Translations under genes and position numbers: made by a program
Shown: one piece after another, positions 10,124-19,493 of the stretch
Layout: each line of letters begins with the position of its first letter
Numbering within the stretch: the first letter of the stretch is position 1
The notes under the pieces: generated by a model
Seen by the model: the letters and a program-made list of their open reading frames with translations, nothing else
Databases searched by the model: none
What the model was told of the DNA's origin: nothing
Assembly (NCBI GenBank): GCA_965277285.1
Contig: OZ255721.1
Coordinates: 2,528,001-2,592,000 of the forward strand
Reading direction: 5' to 3'
Source of the DNA: Abditibacteriaceae bacterium
GTDB taxonomy: Bacteria > Armatimonadota > Abditibacteriia > Abditibacteriales > Abditibacteriaceae
DNA length: 64,000 nucleotides

Positions 10124-11170
10124 ATGACTAAGAGCAATTGGAAAGTGGCTTTACGCCGCACAACGCTGGGCATGACGCTGGCTGCGGTCGCCACTGGCGC
10201 GACGTTGAGCACGACAACTGTGGCCAAAGCGGTGCCGTTGACGGGCGCCGGTTCGACCTTCATTTATCCTTTGATGGCGAAGTGGGCGGATGTCTTCGGG
10301 CGCCAGACCGGAACGCAGATCAATTATCAGTCGGTCGGCAGCGGCGCTGGCATCAAGCAACTGAAAAATAATACCGTCGATTTTGGTGCCAGCGATGCGC
10401 CTTTGAGCAACGCCGACTTGCGCACCATGCCGGGCAACGTCGTGCAGGTTCCCGCCGCTTCGGGTGCGGTCGCAGTGATTTATAATGGCCTGCCGCGCGG
10501 ATTGCGCTTGAGCGGACCAGTTTTGACGAATATCTTTTTGGGACAAATCACGCGCTGGAACGATGCGCAGATCGCTGGTTTGAACCCGGGAATGCGCTTG
10601 CCAGGTCGCCCGATTTCGGTTGCGCATCGCAGCGACGGCAGCGGCACCAGCTTTATTTTCACCAACTACCTGAAGTCGGTCAGTCCGGCTTGGGCGCGCC
10701 AGGTCGGCGCCGGTAAAAGCGTGTCGTGGCCTGTCGGTTTGGGCGGCAAGGGCAGCGATGGCGTGGCCGGCATCGTCCAGCAGACGCCGGGCAGCATCGG
10801 CTATGTCGAGCTGAGCTACGCGATCCAGAACCACCTGCCGTATGCCTCACTGCGCAATCGTTCGGGTCGTTTTGTGGCGCCGAATGTGGCCGGCGTCACA
10901 TCAGCGGCGGCGGCTTCATCGGGAGCGCTGCAACGCGATGTCCGCTCGCTCATCGTCAACGCGCCGGGCGCCGACTCGTATCCGATTGCGGGCTTCACGT
11001 ACATTCTTCTCTATCAAAACCAGAACAACAAAGCCAAAGGCCAAACGCTCTTGCGCTTCCTCAACTGGGCGATGGGACCAGGACAAGCCTTCGCGCGCCC
11101 GCTTTATTATGCGCCACTGCCACAATCGGTCAAGCGCATCAACGCCATGAAACTGCACAGCGTTCGCTAA
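10124..11170 (+). CDS. pstS: Phosphate ABC transporter substrate-binding protein, copy 1 (Sec signal)
   Basis: GAGSTF, YQSVGSGAG, DFGASDAP, HRSDGSGT, YPI. Confidence 0.95.
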   Translation: MTKSNWKVALRRTTLGMTLAAVATGATLSTTTVAKAVPLTGAGSTFIYPLMAKWADVFGRQTGTQINYQSVGSGAGIKQLKNNTVDFGASDAPLSNADLRTMPGNVVQVPAASGAVAVIYNGLPRGLRLSGPVLTNIFLGQITRWNDAQIAGLNPGMRLPGRPISVAHRSDGSGTSFIFTNYLKSVSPAWARQVGAGKSVSWPVGLGGKGSDGVAGIVQQTPGSIGYVELSYAIQNHLPYASLRNRSGRFVAPNVAGVTSAAAASSGALQRDVRSLIVNAPGADSYPIAGFTYILLYQNQNNKAKGQTLLRFLNWAMGPGQAFARPLYYAPLPQSVKRINAMKLHSVR

Positions 11171-11255
11171 AAGCGTTCGCTAAGACAGGCCAAACACAAC
11201 GCAAACGCCGCATCGAGTACTCGAATTGGTACTTGATGCGGCGTTTGTCGCTTCT

Positions 11256-11310
11256 TTAACACAACTTCAAGACGTTCTTAAAAAACTCTTAAACTTGGCG
11301 TGATTACATT
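11256..11310 (+). promoter_or_regulatory. Pho-box-like repeats plus -10 (TACATT)
   Basis: TTAA/TCAA at 11256, 11267, 11278, 11289; TACATT at 11305-11310. Confidence 0.7.
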
Positions 11311-11373
11311 AAAGATGGTAACAGCAATTTGACGGAATGATGGACGTTAAGCAAACGGAGAATTTCACGACAG

Positions 11374-12486
11374 ATGAAATCGATTTATTGGCAGGCCAGT
11401 GCAGCCCTTTTGACGGGCGTCGTTTTGATGGGCGGTTGCGGCGGCAACAGCAGCAGTTCGGATAACACAGCGGGCGGCGGAAGCAGCACCTCGAACGCGA
11501 CGACAAGCACCACCTCGACCTCGGCGAGCAGCGGCAGCGCGAAATTGACGGGCGCCGGTTCGACCTTTATCTACCCGCTGATGACGAAGTGGGTCGATAC
11601 CTACAAGCAAAAGAACGGTTTGGAAATCAACTATCAGTCGGTTGGTAGCGGCGCTGGCATCAAGCAATTGAAAAGCAACACCGTCGATTTCGGCGCGACC
11701 GACGTGCCTTTGGATGACAAAGCCGCCAAAGAAATGCCGTCGGATGTGGCGCAGATTCCAGTTACGGCGGGCGCGGTTGCCGTGGTTTACAACGTGCCAG
11801 GCGTCGACAAACTGAAATTGAACGGCGCGGTTCTGGCCGATATTTTTCTGGGCAATATCACGCACTGGAACGATCCGAAAATTGCTGCCCTCAACGCGGG
11901 CGCCAAACTTCCTGCGACAGCGATCACGGTCGCGCATCGCAGCGATGGCAGCGGCACGACCAATATCTTCACGACATATTTGAAAGCTGTCAGCCCTGAA
12001 TGGTCGACTAAAGTCGGCGCCGGTAAAAGCGTGGCGTGGCCAGTCGGCAACGGTGGCAAAGGCAACGACGGCGTGGCTTCGACGGTGCAAGGAACGGCGG
12101 GCGCCATCGGTTATGTCGAACTGGCGTATGCCAACAATCCGCAGCATAAAATGGCGTATGCCTCGATGCAAAATCCGGCCGGACAATTCGTCGATCCCAC
12201 GGTAGACGGTACAGCTTCTGCGGTCGCTGATGCTGCCGACGCGCTGGCCAAAGACATTCGCACGCCGATTGTCAACGGCAAGGGCGCCAAAAGCTACCCG
12301 ATTTCCGGCATGACGTATTTGCTGATTTACAAGGCGCAGCGCGACGCCGCCAAAGGCAAAGACTTGACGGGCTTTGTGAAATGGGCGCTGACCGATGGCC
12401 AAAGCATGGCCAAAGATTTGAGCTATGCACCGTTGCCCGATGCCCTCGTTAAACTGGATCAAGCCGCAATTGATGGCGTGAAATAA
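11374..12486 (+). CDS. pstS: Phosphate ABC transporter substrate-binding protein, copy 2 (lipoprotein)
   Basis: Lipobox-like MGGC, Ser/Thr linker, same PstS motifs as copy 1. Confidence 0.95.
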   Translation: MKSIYWQASAALLTGVVLMGGCGGNSSSSDNTAGGGSSTSNATTSTTSTSASSGSAKLTGAGSTFIYPLMTKWVDTYKQKNGLEINYQSVGSGAGIKQLKSNTVDFGATDVPLDDKAAKEMPSDVAQIPVTAGAVAVVYNVPGVDKLKLNGAVLADIFLGNITHWNDPKIAALNAGAKLPATAITVAHRSDGSGTTNIFTTYLKAVSPEWSTKVGAGKSVAWPVGNGGKGNDGVASTVQGTAGAIGYVELAYANNPQHKMAYASMQNPAGQFVDPTVDGTASAVADAADALAKDIRTPIVNGKGAKSYPISGMTYLLIYKAQRDAAKGKDLTGFVKWALTDGQSMAKDLSYAPLPDALVKLDQAAIDGVK

Positions 12487-12573
12487 GCCGCTTCGTCTTG
12501 CCGGGACATGACCTGTCATGTCCCGACAAAGCGCTGCTTTGATCGAGTACTCAATTCTGTTTTCGTTTTTCTT

Positions 12574-13653
12574 ATGGCCAGCGAAACTTATTCTCCCGCG
12601 CCCGTTTCTACGCCACCTGAACGCCAGAGTTTGATGGGGCGCGGCGGTTTTCTGGGCAACAATTTCGGCGATAAACTATTTTATTGGGGCACCTTGGCGT
12701 TCGCCGCGACGGTTCTGGTGATCACCATTGCCATTGGTTGGCGCCTTTATCAAATGTCCTCGCCTGCGATTCATACTTACGGCGGCAAGTTCCTGACGAC
12801 CACGAAATGGGACCCGAACGCAGGTACCGACGGCGAATATGCGGGCGCTTGGCCTTATATTTATGGCACGCTGGTTTCCAGCGGTCTGGCGCTTTTGCTG
12901 GCGGTTCCCATCGGCCTGGGAACAGCGATTTTTCTGGCCGAACTCGCGCCCAAATGGATGCGTTCGCCGCTGGGTTTCATGGTTGAATTGCTGGCTGCCG
13001 TGCCCAGCGTGGTTTATGGTTTGTGGGGTCGCCTTGTCATGGTTCCATGGCTGCAAACCAAACAGGCGTGGATGAGCGATACGGGCTACAATTCGCTGGA
13101 TGCGCTGGAAAAACATCTGGTTCACCTGACCGGCATCAAAGCGTTTTCGACCTATGGATTGTCGCATTTAATTGACGGCGCGCCGACCGGACAAAGCATG
13201 ATGGCGGGCGCGCTCGTCTTGGCGATTATGGTGTTGCCGTTTATCACCGCCGTATCGCGCGAAGTCATCAAAGCCGTGCCGCCGACGCAGCGCGAAGCGG
13301 CTTTCGGTTTGGGCGCGACTCGCTGGGAAGCGATTCGCAGTCCGGTTTTACGTTACGCGCGCTCGGGCATTATCGGCGCGATTATTTTAGGCTTGGCGCG
13401 CGCTCTGGGTGAAACGATGGCGATTACAATGGTCATCGGCAATGCTGATAAAGCATCGGCTTCGCTCCTCTCGCCTGCCGCGACTTTGGCTTCCAAACTG
13501 GCCAACGAATTTGGCGAAGCACAAGGCGGACAACTCGATTCTCTGATGTATCTGGCGCTGGTTTTGTTCGGCATCACAATTGTTGTCAATGCCTTCGCGC
13601 GCTTGCTGATCTGGAATATGTCGCGCAGCATGAAAGGCGCGGCACGCGAGTAA
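12574..13653 (+). CDS. pstC: Phosphate ABC transporter permease PstC
   Basis: ELLAAVPSVVYGLWG, REAAFGLGATRWE, RALGETMA; start moved to ATG 12574. Confidence 0.95.
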   Translation: MASETYSPAPVSTPPERQSLMGRGGFLGNNFGDKLFYWGTLAFAATVLVITIAIGWRLYQMSSPAIHTYGGKFLTTTKWDPNAGTDGEYAGAWPYIYGTLVSSGLALLLAVPIGLGTAIFLAELAPKWMRSPLGFMVELLAAVPSVVYGLWGRLVMVPWLQTKQAWMSDTGYNSLDALEKHLVHLTGIKAFSTYGLSHLIDGAPTGQSMMAGALVLAIMVLPFITAVSREVIKAVPPTQREAAFGLGATRWEAIRSPVLRYARSGIIGAIILGLARALGETMAITMVIGNADKASASLLSPAATLASKLANEFGEAQGGQLDSLMYLALVLFGITIVVNAFARLLIWNMSRSMKGAARE

Positions 13654-13664
13654 AATGTGTTGCG

Positions 13665-13865
13665 AATGAAAGTAAGAGTTCGTCATTCTGCGTGATTGTA
13701 GAGAAGTGCAGAAAAGCCCGGAAGTAGAACTTTGTCATTCTGAGTGCAGCGAAGAATCTATATGCGAAGTCAGATTCTTCGCTGCACTCAGAATGACAAA
13801 GTGCGAGTTTGATGGCGTTTTCCCACTTTTACACACTCTCATAATGACAAACTCTTACTTTCATT
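13665..13865. repeat. Nested inverted-repeat element between pstC and pstA
   Basis: Outer AATGAAAGTAAGAGTT/AACTCTTACTTTCATT; inner ACTTTGTCATTCTGAGTGCAGCGAAGAATCT inverted repeat at about 13729-13802. Confidence 0.85.
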
Positions 13866-13956
13866 AGGTGAGTCTTAGATTCATTGGGTGAGATTGAAGA
13901 ATTGAAAAGACGGCTCATATCTAACGCGAGTTGTTTGATTTCGAGTACTCGATACT

Positions 13957-14865
13957 ATGTCTCAAGCTTCACTGGCAACGAAAAAATCTTTGGTGCAATC
14001 GGGCGGCGATGTACGCTTGATGCGGCGCAAGTTCGCCAACATTTTGATGTGGTGTTTTGCGACGTTTGCGACGTTTCTGGCGGTCGTGCCGCTGGTTCTG
14101 GTGCTTTATTATGTGACGAGTCAGGGCATCAAAGTCCTCAACGTCGGTTTCTTCACGCAAACGCAGCCGGAGCCGGGCCTCACGCACGGAGGCGGCATGG
14201 GACACGCCATCCTGGGCTCGCTGATGATGATTGCCATCGCATCAATCATCGGCTTGCCGCTGGGCATTCTGGGCGGCATTTATCTGTCGGAGTTCGGCAA
14301 CAATCGTTTTGGCGGCATCGTGCGTTTTGCGGCGGATGTGTTAAACGGCGTTCCTTCGATTGTGATTGGCATTTTCGTTTACACGGTCGCGGTTTTGCCG
14401 GTAACGAAAGCGACGCACGGCGAAGTCTCATTTTCGGCTTGGGCGGGCGGTTTGGCGCTGGGCATTATGATGGTGCCGACGATCATGCGCACGACCGAAG
14501 AAATCGTCAAACTGGTGCCGATGTCGATGCGCGAAGCGGCGCTGGCATTGGGCGCGACGCGTTGGCGCGCAGTGTTCAAAATTGTCTTAAACTCGGCCAA
14601 AGGCGGCATCATCACCGGCGTTTTGCTGGCGGTGGCGCGCATTTCGGGCGAAACCGCGCCGCTGCTTTTTACGGCTCTGGGCAACAACTTTTTCAGTCAC
14701 AATCCGAACGGCCCGATGGCTTCGTTGCCGGTGACGATTTTTAACTTTGCCACCAGCGCCGACGATCATTGGAAAGCCCTGGCTTGGGGCGGCTCGTTCG
14801 TTTTAGTGGCGATGATTGCGATTTTGAGTTTGGCGGCGCGCCACTTCACGCGCGTTCGCAGGTAA
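13957..14865 (+). CDS. pstA: Phosphate ABC transporter permease PstA
   Basis: [32 protein letters not shown]. Confidence 0.95.
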   Translation: MSQASLATKKSLVQSGGDVRLMRRKFANILMWCFATFATFLAVVPLVLVLYYVTSQGIKVLNVGFFTQTQPEPGLTHGGGMGHAILGSLMMIAIASIIGLPLGILGGIYLSEFGNNRFGGIVRFAADVLNGVPSIVIGIFVYTVAVLPVTKATHGEVSFSAWAGGLALGIMMVPTIMRTTEEIVKLVPMSMREAALALGATRWRAVFKIVLNSAKGGIITGVLLAVARISGETAPLLFTALGNNFFSHNPNGPMASLPVTIFNFATSADDHWKALAWGGSFVLVAMIAILSLAARHFTRVRR

Positions 14866-14926
14866 GGAATTTCGAGTACTCGATGTGCGCTCGCGGCGTT
14901 CGATTGACGTTGCAAGAGAGGCTTTT

Positions 14927-15979
14927 ATGCTGAAAGAACCCAAGACTTCACAAAGCGAAGCGAATTTGCAAAATGGCCAAAGCAGCGCCGATTTGAACGG
15001 CAACGCGCCTGCGGCCTCAGTTTTATCGGCGGGCGCGCCTCGTGTTGCTTTGCCGGATGACGCGACGCCATCAACGGAGAACGCCGCAGCACCGCGTGGC
15101 GAAACCAGTTCGTATATGGCGACGCGCAGTGCAAACGGAGTTGCGGCGCCGCGCATTCAAGTGCGCACCTTGCCGCATTCTTCTCCACAAGACATCAAAG
15201 CTGCGGAAAACGCGCAGGCGAGCGCGCCGACCAAAATGGAAACGCGCGATCTGAACTTGCATTACGGCCCGAAGCACGCATTGAAAAGCATTTCGGCCAA
15301 ATTGCCCGAAGGCTCGATTACCGCGCTGATCGGCCCGTCGGGTTGCGGTAAATCGACGTTTTTGCGTTGTCTCAATCGCATGAACGATCTTATCGAAGGC
15401 TGCAAAATCACTGGCGATGTTTCGCTGGACGGCGAGAACATTTATCAGCGAGGCGTCGATGTCGTCAATTTGCGCCAGCGTGTCGGCATGGTTTTTCAAA
15501 AGCCGAACCCGTTTCCGATGAGCATCTTCGACAACATCGCGTATGGCCCGCGTTTGCGCGGCATCAAAAACCGCAACACCTTGAGCGAAATCGTCGAGAC
15601 GAGTTTGCAGGGTGCGGCCTTGTGGGACGAAGTCAAAGACGAATTGAAGAAAAGTGCGCTGTCGCTGTCGGGCGGACAGCAGCAACGCTTGTGCATTGCA
15701 CGCGCGCTGGCGACCAAACCCGAAGTCGTTTTGATGGATGAACCAGCGTCCGCGCTCGACCCGATTTCGACGCTAAAAATCGAGGAACTGATGCGCGAAT
15801 TGCGCGAACAATACACGATTGTCATCGTGACGCACAATATGCAGCAGGCCGCGCGCGTTTCCGACAGCACCGGCTTTTTCCTGATGGGCGAACTGGTCGA
15901 ACTGGACGCCACGGCGCGTATCTTCACGGACCCGCAAGATAAAAGAACGGAAGATTACATCACGGGACGCTTCGGTTAA
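14927..15979 (+). CDS. pstB: Phosphate ABC transporter ATPase PstB with a low-complexity N-terminal extension
   Basis: [37 protein letters not shown]; start could be further downstream. Confidence 0.95.
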   Translation: MLKEPKTSQSEANLQNGQSSADLNGNAPAASVLSAGAPRVALPDDATPSTENAAAPRGETSSYMATRSANGVAAPRIQVRTLPHSSPQDIKAAENAQASAPTKMETRDLNLHYGPKHALKSISAKLPEGSITALIGPSGCGKSTFLRCLNRMNDLIEGCKITGDVSLDGENIYQRGVDVVNLRQRVGMVFQKPNPFPMSIFDNIAYGPRLRGIKNRNTLSEIVETSLQGAALWDEVKDELKKSALSLSGGQQQRLCIARALATKPEVVLMDEPASALDPISTLKIEELMRELREQYTIVIVTHNMQQAARVSDSTGFFLMGELVELDATARIFTDPQDKRTEDYITGRFG

Positions 15980-16097
15980 AACGTTCCGGTTGTCGATTGT
16001 TTTTCATGCGAACAGTTCCCAGGATTCGATTATAATTGCGCTGTATCTATTTTTTGCTCCCGTTCGTTTCAAAGCGCCGAGCCAAAGGAGAAACGCC

Positions 16098-16430
16098 ATG
16101 AAGAACGTGAAGACCGCCGTTTGGAAAAGCAGCCTGACGATGGCTGTCGTCGCAACATCGTTTGGGTTGTTCGGCTTGGGCGACGCCGCGCACGCGACAG
16201 AAGTTGTCGCGCCGACATCGAGTACTCGAAACGTTGCCGTGACCGCGTTCGATGCGATGAACGCGCTGTCTACCAACGAGGCGACGTGCTATCGCCATTA
16301 TTACCGCCGTATTTATTACCGCCGTGTTTATTACCGCCGTCCGCGTCATGTGCGTTATCTGGGTAGCCGCATTATGCGCTATCGTGGCCGCTTGTATCGC
16401 GTTCGCTATTATCGCCGCACACGTTATTAA
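16098..16430 (+). CDS. Small secreted protein with an Arg/Tyr-rich C-terminus
   Basis: SD AAGGAG, signal peptide ending AHA, tail YRHYYRRIYYRRVYYRRP...; TATAAT at 16031-16036. Confidence 0.75.
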   Translation: MKNVKTAVWKSSLTMAVVATSFGLFGLGDAAHATEVVAPTSSTRNVAVTAFDAMNALSTNEATCYRHYYRRIYYRRVYYRRPRHVRYLGSRIMRYRGRLYRVRYYRRTRY

Positions 16431-16527
16431 AATGTAGAAAATACGATGAGCCGCGCGAAAAACGGTTCGTGCGGCTCATCGTGTGACCGTGTTGTATCAG
16501 ATCGTTTTGAGTTGTTTCGAGGTCATC

Positions 16528-17295
16528 ATGAACATTCGCCGCACATTTGAAGAACAATTGTCCGAGTTGCAAAACGATTTGCTGCGTTTGGGTCGCTTCG
16601 TTGAAGAAGCGCTGGGCAAGGCGCTGGATGCTCTGGTGCGCCAAGATTTGGCGCTGGCCAAGCAAGTCGTGGACGACGACGATTTCGCAGATGACATGAA
16701 CTTCGGCATTCAAACGCGCGCCATGCAATTGTTGGCGCTGCAGCAACCGATGGCGCGCGATCTTCGCGTCGTCGGCTCGAGTTTGCGCATCGTCATCGAC
16801 CTGGAGCGCATCGGCGATCACGCAGTGGACATCGCCAAAGTCGCGCGCAGCTTGGCCGGACAATCGTATTTTAAGCCATTGGTCGACATCCCGCGTCTGG
16901 GTGTGCTATCGCGCAAGATGGTGTCCGATTCGTTGCAAGCGTTTGTAGCGCATGATCTGGAGAAAGCGCTCCAAGTGGCGCGCGACGATGACGCGGTGGA
17001 CGACCTTTGCGACCGCCTGCAAAACGAACTGATCGATCAAATGCGCAACGATCCGTCTCTCGTCGAGCAGGCGACGCGCTTGTTGCTGGTGGCTCGCGTC
17101 CTTGAACGCACAGCGGATCACGCGACCAATATCGCCGAACAGATTTACTATGTTGAAACCGGCGAAATGCGCCAGTTGGGACGCGTCGATAATCTCAACG
17201 AACATCATGACAGCGAAACCGTCAGCCGCGACGCCGATATTCCAGGCATTATGCCTTCGTTAAACGGCAATTCTTCGGGCGTCCAATCGCATTAA
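16528..17295 (+). CDS. phoU: Phosphate signalling protein PhoU
   Basis: QQPMARDLR, DLERIGDHA, ERTADHATNIAE. Confidence 0.95.
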   Translation: MNIRRTFEEQLSELQNDLLRLGRFVEEALGKALDALVRQDLALAKQVVDDDDFADDMNFGIQTRAMQLLALQQPMARDLRVVGSSLRIVIDLERIGDHAVDIAKVARSLAGQSYFKPLVDIPRLGVLSRKMVSDSLQAFVAHDLEKALQVARDDDAVDDLCDRLQNELIDQMRNDPSLVEQATRLLLVARVLERTADHATNIAEQIYYVETGEMRQLGRVDNLNEHHDSETVSRDADIPGIMPSLNGNSSGVQSH

Positions 17296-17318
17296 ACCCA
17301 ATTCGAGTACTCGATTCG

Positions 17319-17352
17319 GCAAAGACCGGCTTCCCCAAGCTGGTCTTTTTGC
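17319..17352 (+). terminator. Intrinsic terminator after phoU
   Basis: AAAGACCGGCTT-CCCC-AAGCTGGTCTTTTT. Confidence 0.65.
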
Positions 17353-17442
17353 GTTGTGATTGACCTTTTCCATGGCGCGCCTGTTATCATGGAAATGGAG
17401 TATTTGACGAGGCACAAGAATCGTCTGGTGAAGTTCAACGCG

Positions 17443-17570
17443 CCACCAGAACCCCAAACGTGAGTGAGGGGCTAACGCATCAGCAACTCAGCAAATAACG
17501 ACGAGCCAGGTAGATGAGAAGCGGATGTAACGGCAACTTAGCCCCTCACTCACGTTCGGGGTTCTGGTGG
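17443..17570. repeat. REP-like inverted-repeat pair (GAACCCnAAGCGTAAGCG family)
   Basis: CCACCAGAACCCCAAACGTGAGTGAGGGGCTAA ... TTAGCCCCTCACTCACGTTCGGGGTTCTGGTGG; relatives at about 18880, 29195, 36788, 55857, 56850. Confidence 0.75.
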
Positions 17571-17645
17571 CTTTCTTTTGCTAACTGTTACAAGATATTT
17601 CACCGGTCGTTAGTGCTCGATACTTCCAATTTCAAGGAAAAAATT

Positions 17646-18851
17646 ATGTTTCGACGCGTTGTTTCCGGCTTGGCTTTGAGCCTCGCTTTAACAAGCCTTT
17701 TTGGTGCTCAACCGTTGCGCGCGCAGGAAATTTCGCCGCGCAGTATGGAATTGGCGCTGGCTGTACCGCCGCGCGGCGAGGCCGCGACACGTTTGGCGGA
17801 ACGTTTACGCACATGGTTTGGCGCCGATGAACTGAAAGCGGGCGCCAAACCCAAAACGCAGGAAACCGATGTCGTGTGGGCGATAGAAACCACTGCGCAA
17901 AACGTCAGCGTTGTTTCGCAAACCAGCGATTTTCGCTTGCCTTTGGTTCGATTGGGCGACACAAACGTGTGGGCGGCGGCGAAAACTTTGCCCGAAGGAA
18001 CCGGAATGCGCTGGAATTACGATGTGGATGGTCGGTCAGTCGGCGGCAACTTTTTCGAGGTTTACACGACGCCGCGCGAAGCGACTGATTTAGGCGCGCC
18101 TCAAGGAAAGCTTACGGAAATGCCAGTGTGGACAAGCACGATTTTCCCGGGCGTGACGCGCCATTGGTGGGTTTATGTTCCGTCGCAATATCAGAAAAGC
18201 AAACCTGCTTGCGTGATGATTTTTCAGGATGGCGGCGGCTACCGCGATTATGTGCCGCGCGTCTTCGATAACCTGATTGCGAGCGGTCAAATGCCTGTCA
18301 CGGTCGGCGTATTCCTTGATCCGGGCGTTCGTCCCGATGGCAGCAGCGAGCGCAGTTTTGAATACGACACCTTATCCGACCAATATGCGCGGTTTTTGCT
18401 GCAAGAAATTCTGCCCGAAGTCGAAAAGACGACGCCTCTCAAGCACGATGCAGCCAGTCGCGCCATTGCCGGATTGAGCAGCGGCGGCATTTGCGCTTTC
18501 ACCGCCGCGTGGCAACGACCGGACGAATTCGGCAAAGTCGTGTCGTGGATCGGTTCGTTCACCAACATCGCCAGCGGCGCGACGGGACGCGAAGGCGGCC
18601 ACAATTACGAAGCCCTGATTCGCAAAACGCCGATGAAACCGATTCGCGTGTTCTTGCAGGACGGCGCCAACGATTTGGATAACGACAACGGAAACTGGCC
18701 GCTCGCCAATCAGCAAATGGCGAAAGCTCTGGCTTTCAAAGGCTACGATTACAAATTCATTTTTGGCCAAGGAACGCACAGTCCGGCGCACGGTCGCTCA
18801 ATTTTCCCCGACGCACTGCGCTGGCTGTGGCGCGATTATCCCAAATCGTAA
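17646..18851 (+). CDS. Secreted enterochelin-esterase-like alpha/beta hydrolase
   Basis: Signal peptide, WVYVPSQY, IFQDG, RSFEYD, GLSSGG nucleophile elbow, C-terminal His. Confidence 0.85.
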   Translation: MFRRVVSGLALSLALTSLFGAQPLRAQEISPRSMELALAVPPRGEAATRLAERLRTWFGADELKAGAKPKTQETDVVWAIETTAQNVSVVSQTSDFRLPLVRLGDTNVWAAAKTLPEGTGMRWNYDVDGRSVGGNFFEVYTTPREATDLGAPQGKLTEMPVWTSTIFPGVTRHWWVYVPSQYQKSKPACVMIFQDGGGYRDYVPRVFDNLIASGQMPVTVGVFLDPGVRPDGSSERSFEYDTLSDQYARFLLQEILPEVEKTTPLKHDAASRAIAGLSSGGICAFTAAWQRPDEFGKVVSWIGSFTNIASGATGREGGHNYEALIRKTPMKPIRVFLQDGANDLDNDNGNWPLANQQMAKALAFKGYDYKFIFGQGTHSPAHGRSIFPDALRWLWRDYPKS

Positions 18852-19029
18852 TTTATTGGGGCATTTGAGAATGAACATCCAGAACCCCAAGCATAAGCGC
18901 GGGACTGAAGTGACAGTTATTGCAGCCCTGCGCTTATGCTTGAATGCGCTACGATCTGGACGAAACAGTGCATCGAGTACTCGATAGTTGAAAAGCCAAG
19001 CTGATGATGAAAGAAGTCGGCTCTCTCGC

Positions 19030-19305
19030 TTACTCTTCTACAGGCAAAGGCTTGATTTCGTTGGTTTTGTTATCTTTCTTGTCTAATTTATAGTAAATCC
19101 CTTCGGCCCAGTATTCGACCGAGCGATGACGAATCTGCCAATCGTACTCACGAGAGCACTTGTCGTTAATTTGCTTGGCAAAATATGCAACGCGATGCAA
19201 AGCCTCCGACTCGCTGATGCCATAAGATGCGACCATGAAAGACACCATCTGCAGATAATACTGCCGCAGTTCCAAGTCCGCCACAAAGTCAAGGTTTTTC
19301 ATCAT
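19030..19305 (-). CDS. Hypothetical protein
   Basis: AT-richer 91-aa ORF, no recognised motif. Confidence 0.5.
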   Translation of the reverse strand: MMKNLDFVADLELRQYYLQMVSFMVASYGISESEALHRVAYFAKQINDKCSREYDWQIRHRSVEYWAEGIYYKLDKKDNKTNEIKPLPVEE

Positions 19306-19436
19306 TATTTAACCACCGATTTGTCGAGAATTTCGATTCCTGTTGATGACGTGACTTTCTATTGAGTCTCGTTCTCCATCGCTTTGATTTTGTCTTCCAT
19401 TTTTCACCTGTTGCAATGCAACCTGTTGTAGATTAA

Positions 19437-19478
19437 CGACAAAGCGCATCGAGTTTCGAGTACTCGATGCGCTTTGTT
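19437..19478. terminator. Hairpin/terminator built around the 12-bp palindrome
   Basis: ACAAAGCGCATCGAGT...ACTCGATGCGCTTTGT just downstream of the BON gene. Confidence 0.6.
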
Positions 19479-19493
19479 ATCTCTACAACACTT

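Noticed and set aside
19306..19400. Possible short upstream partner ORF (toxin-immunity remnant)
   Set aside because: Too short and no motif; cannot be supported
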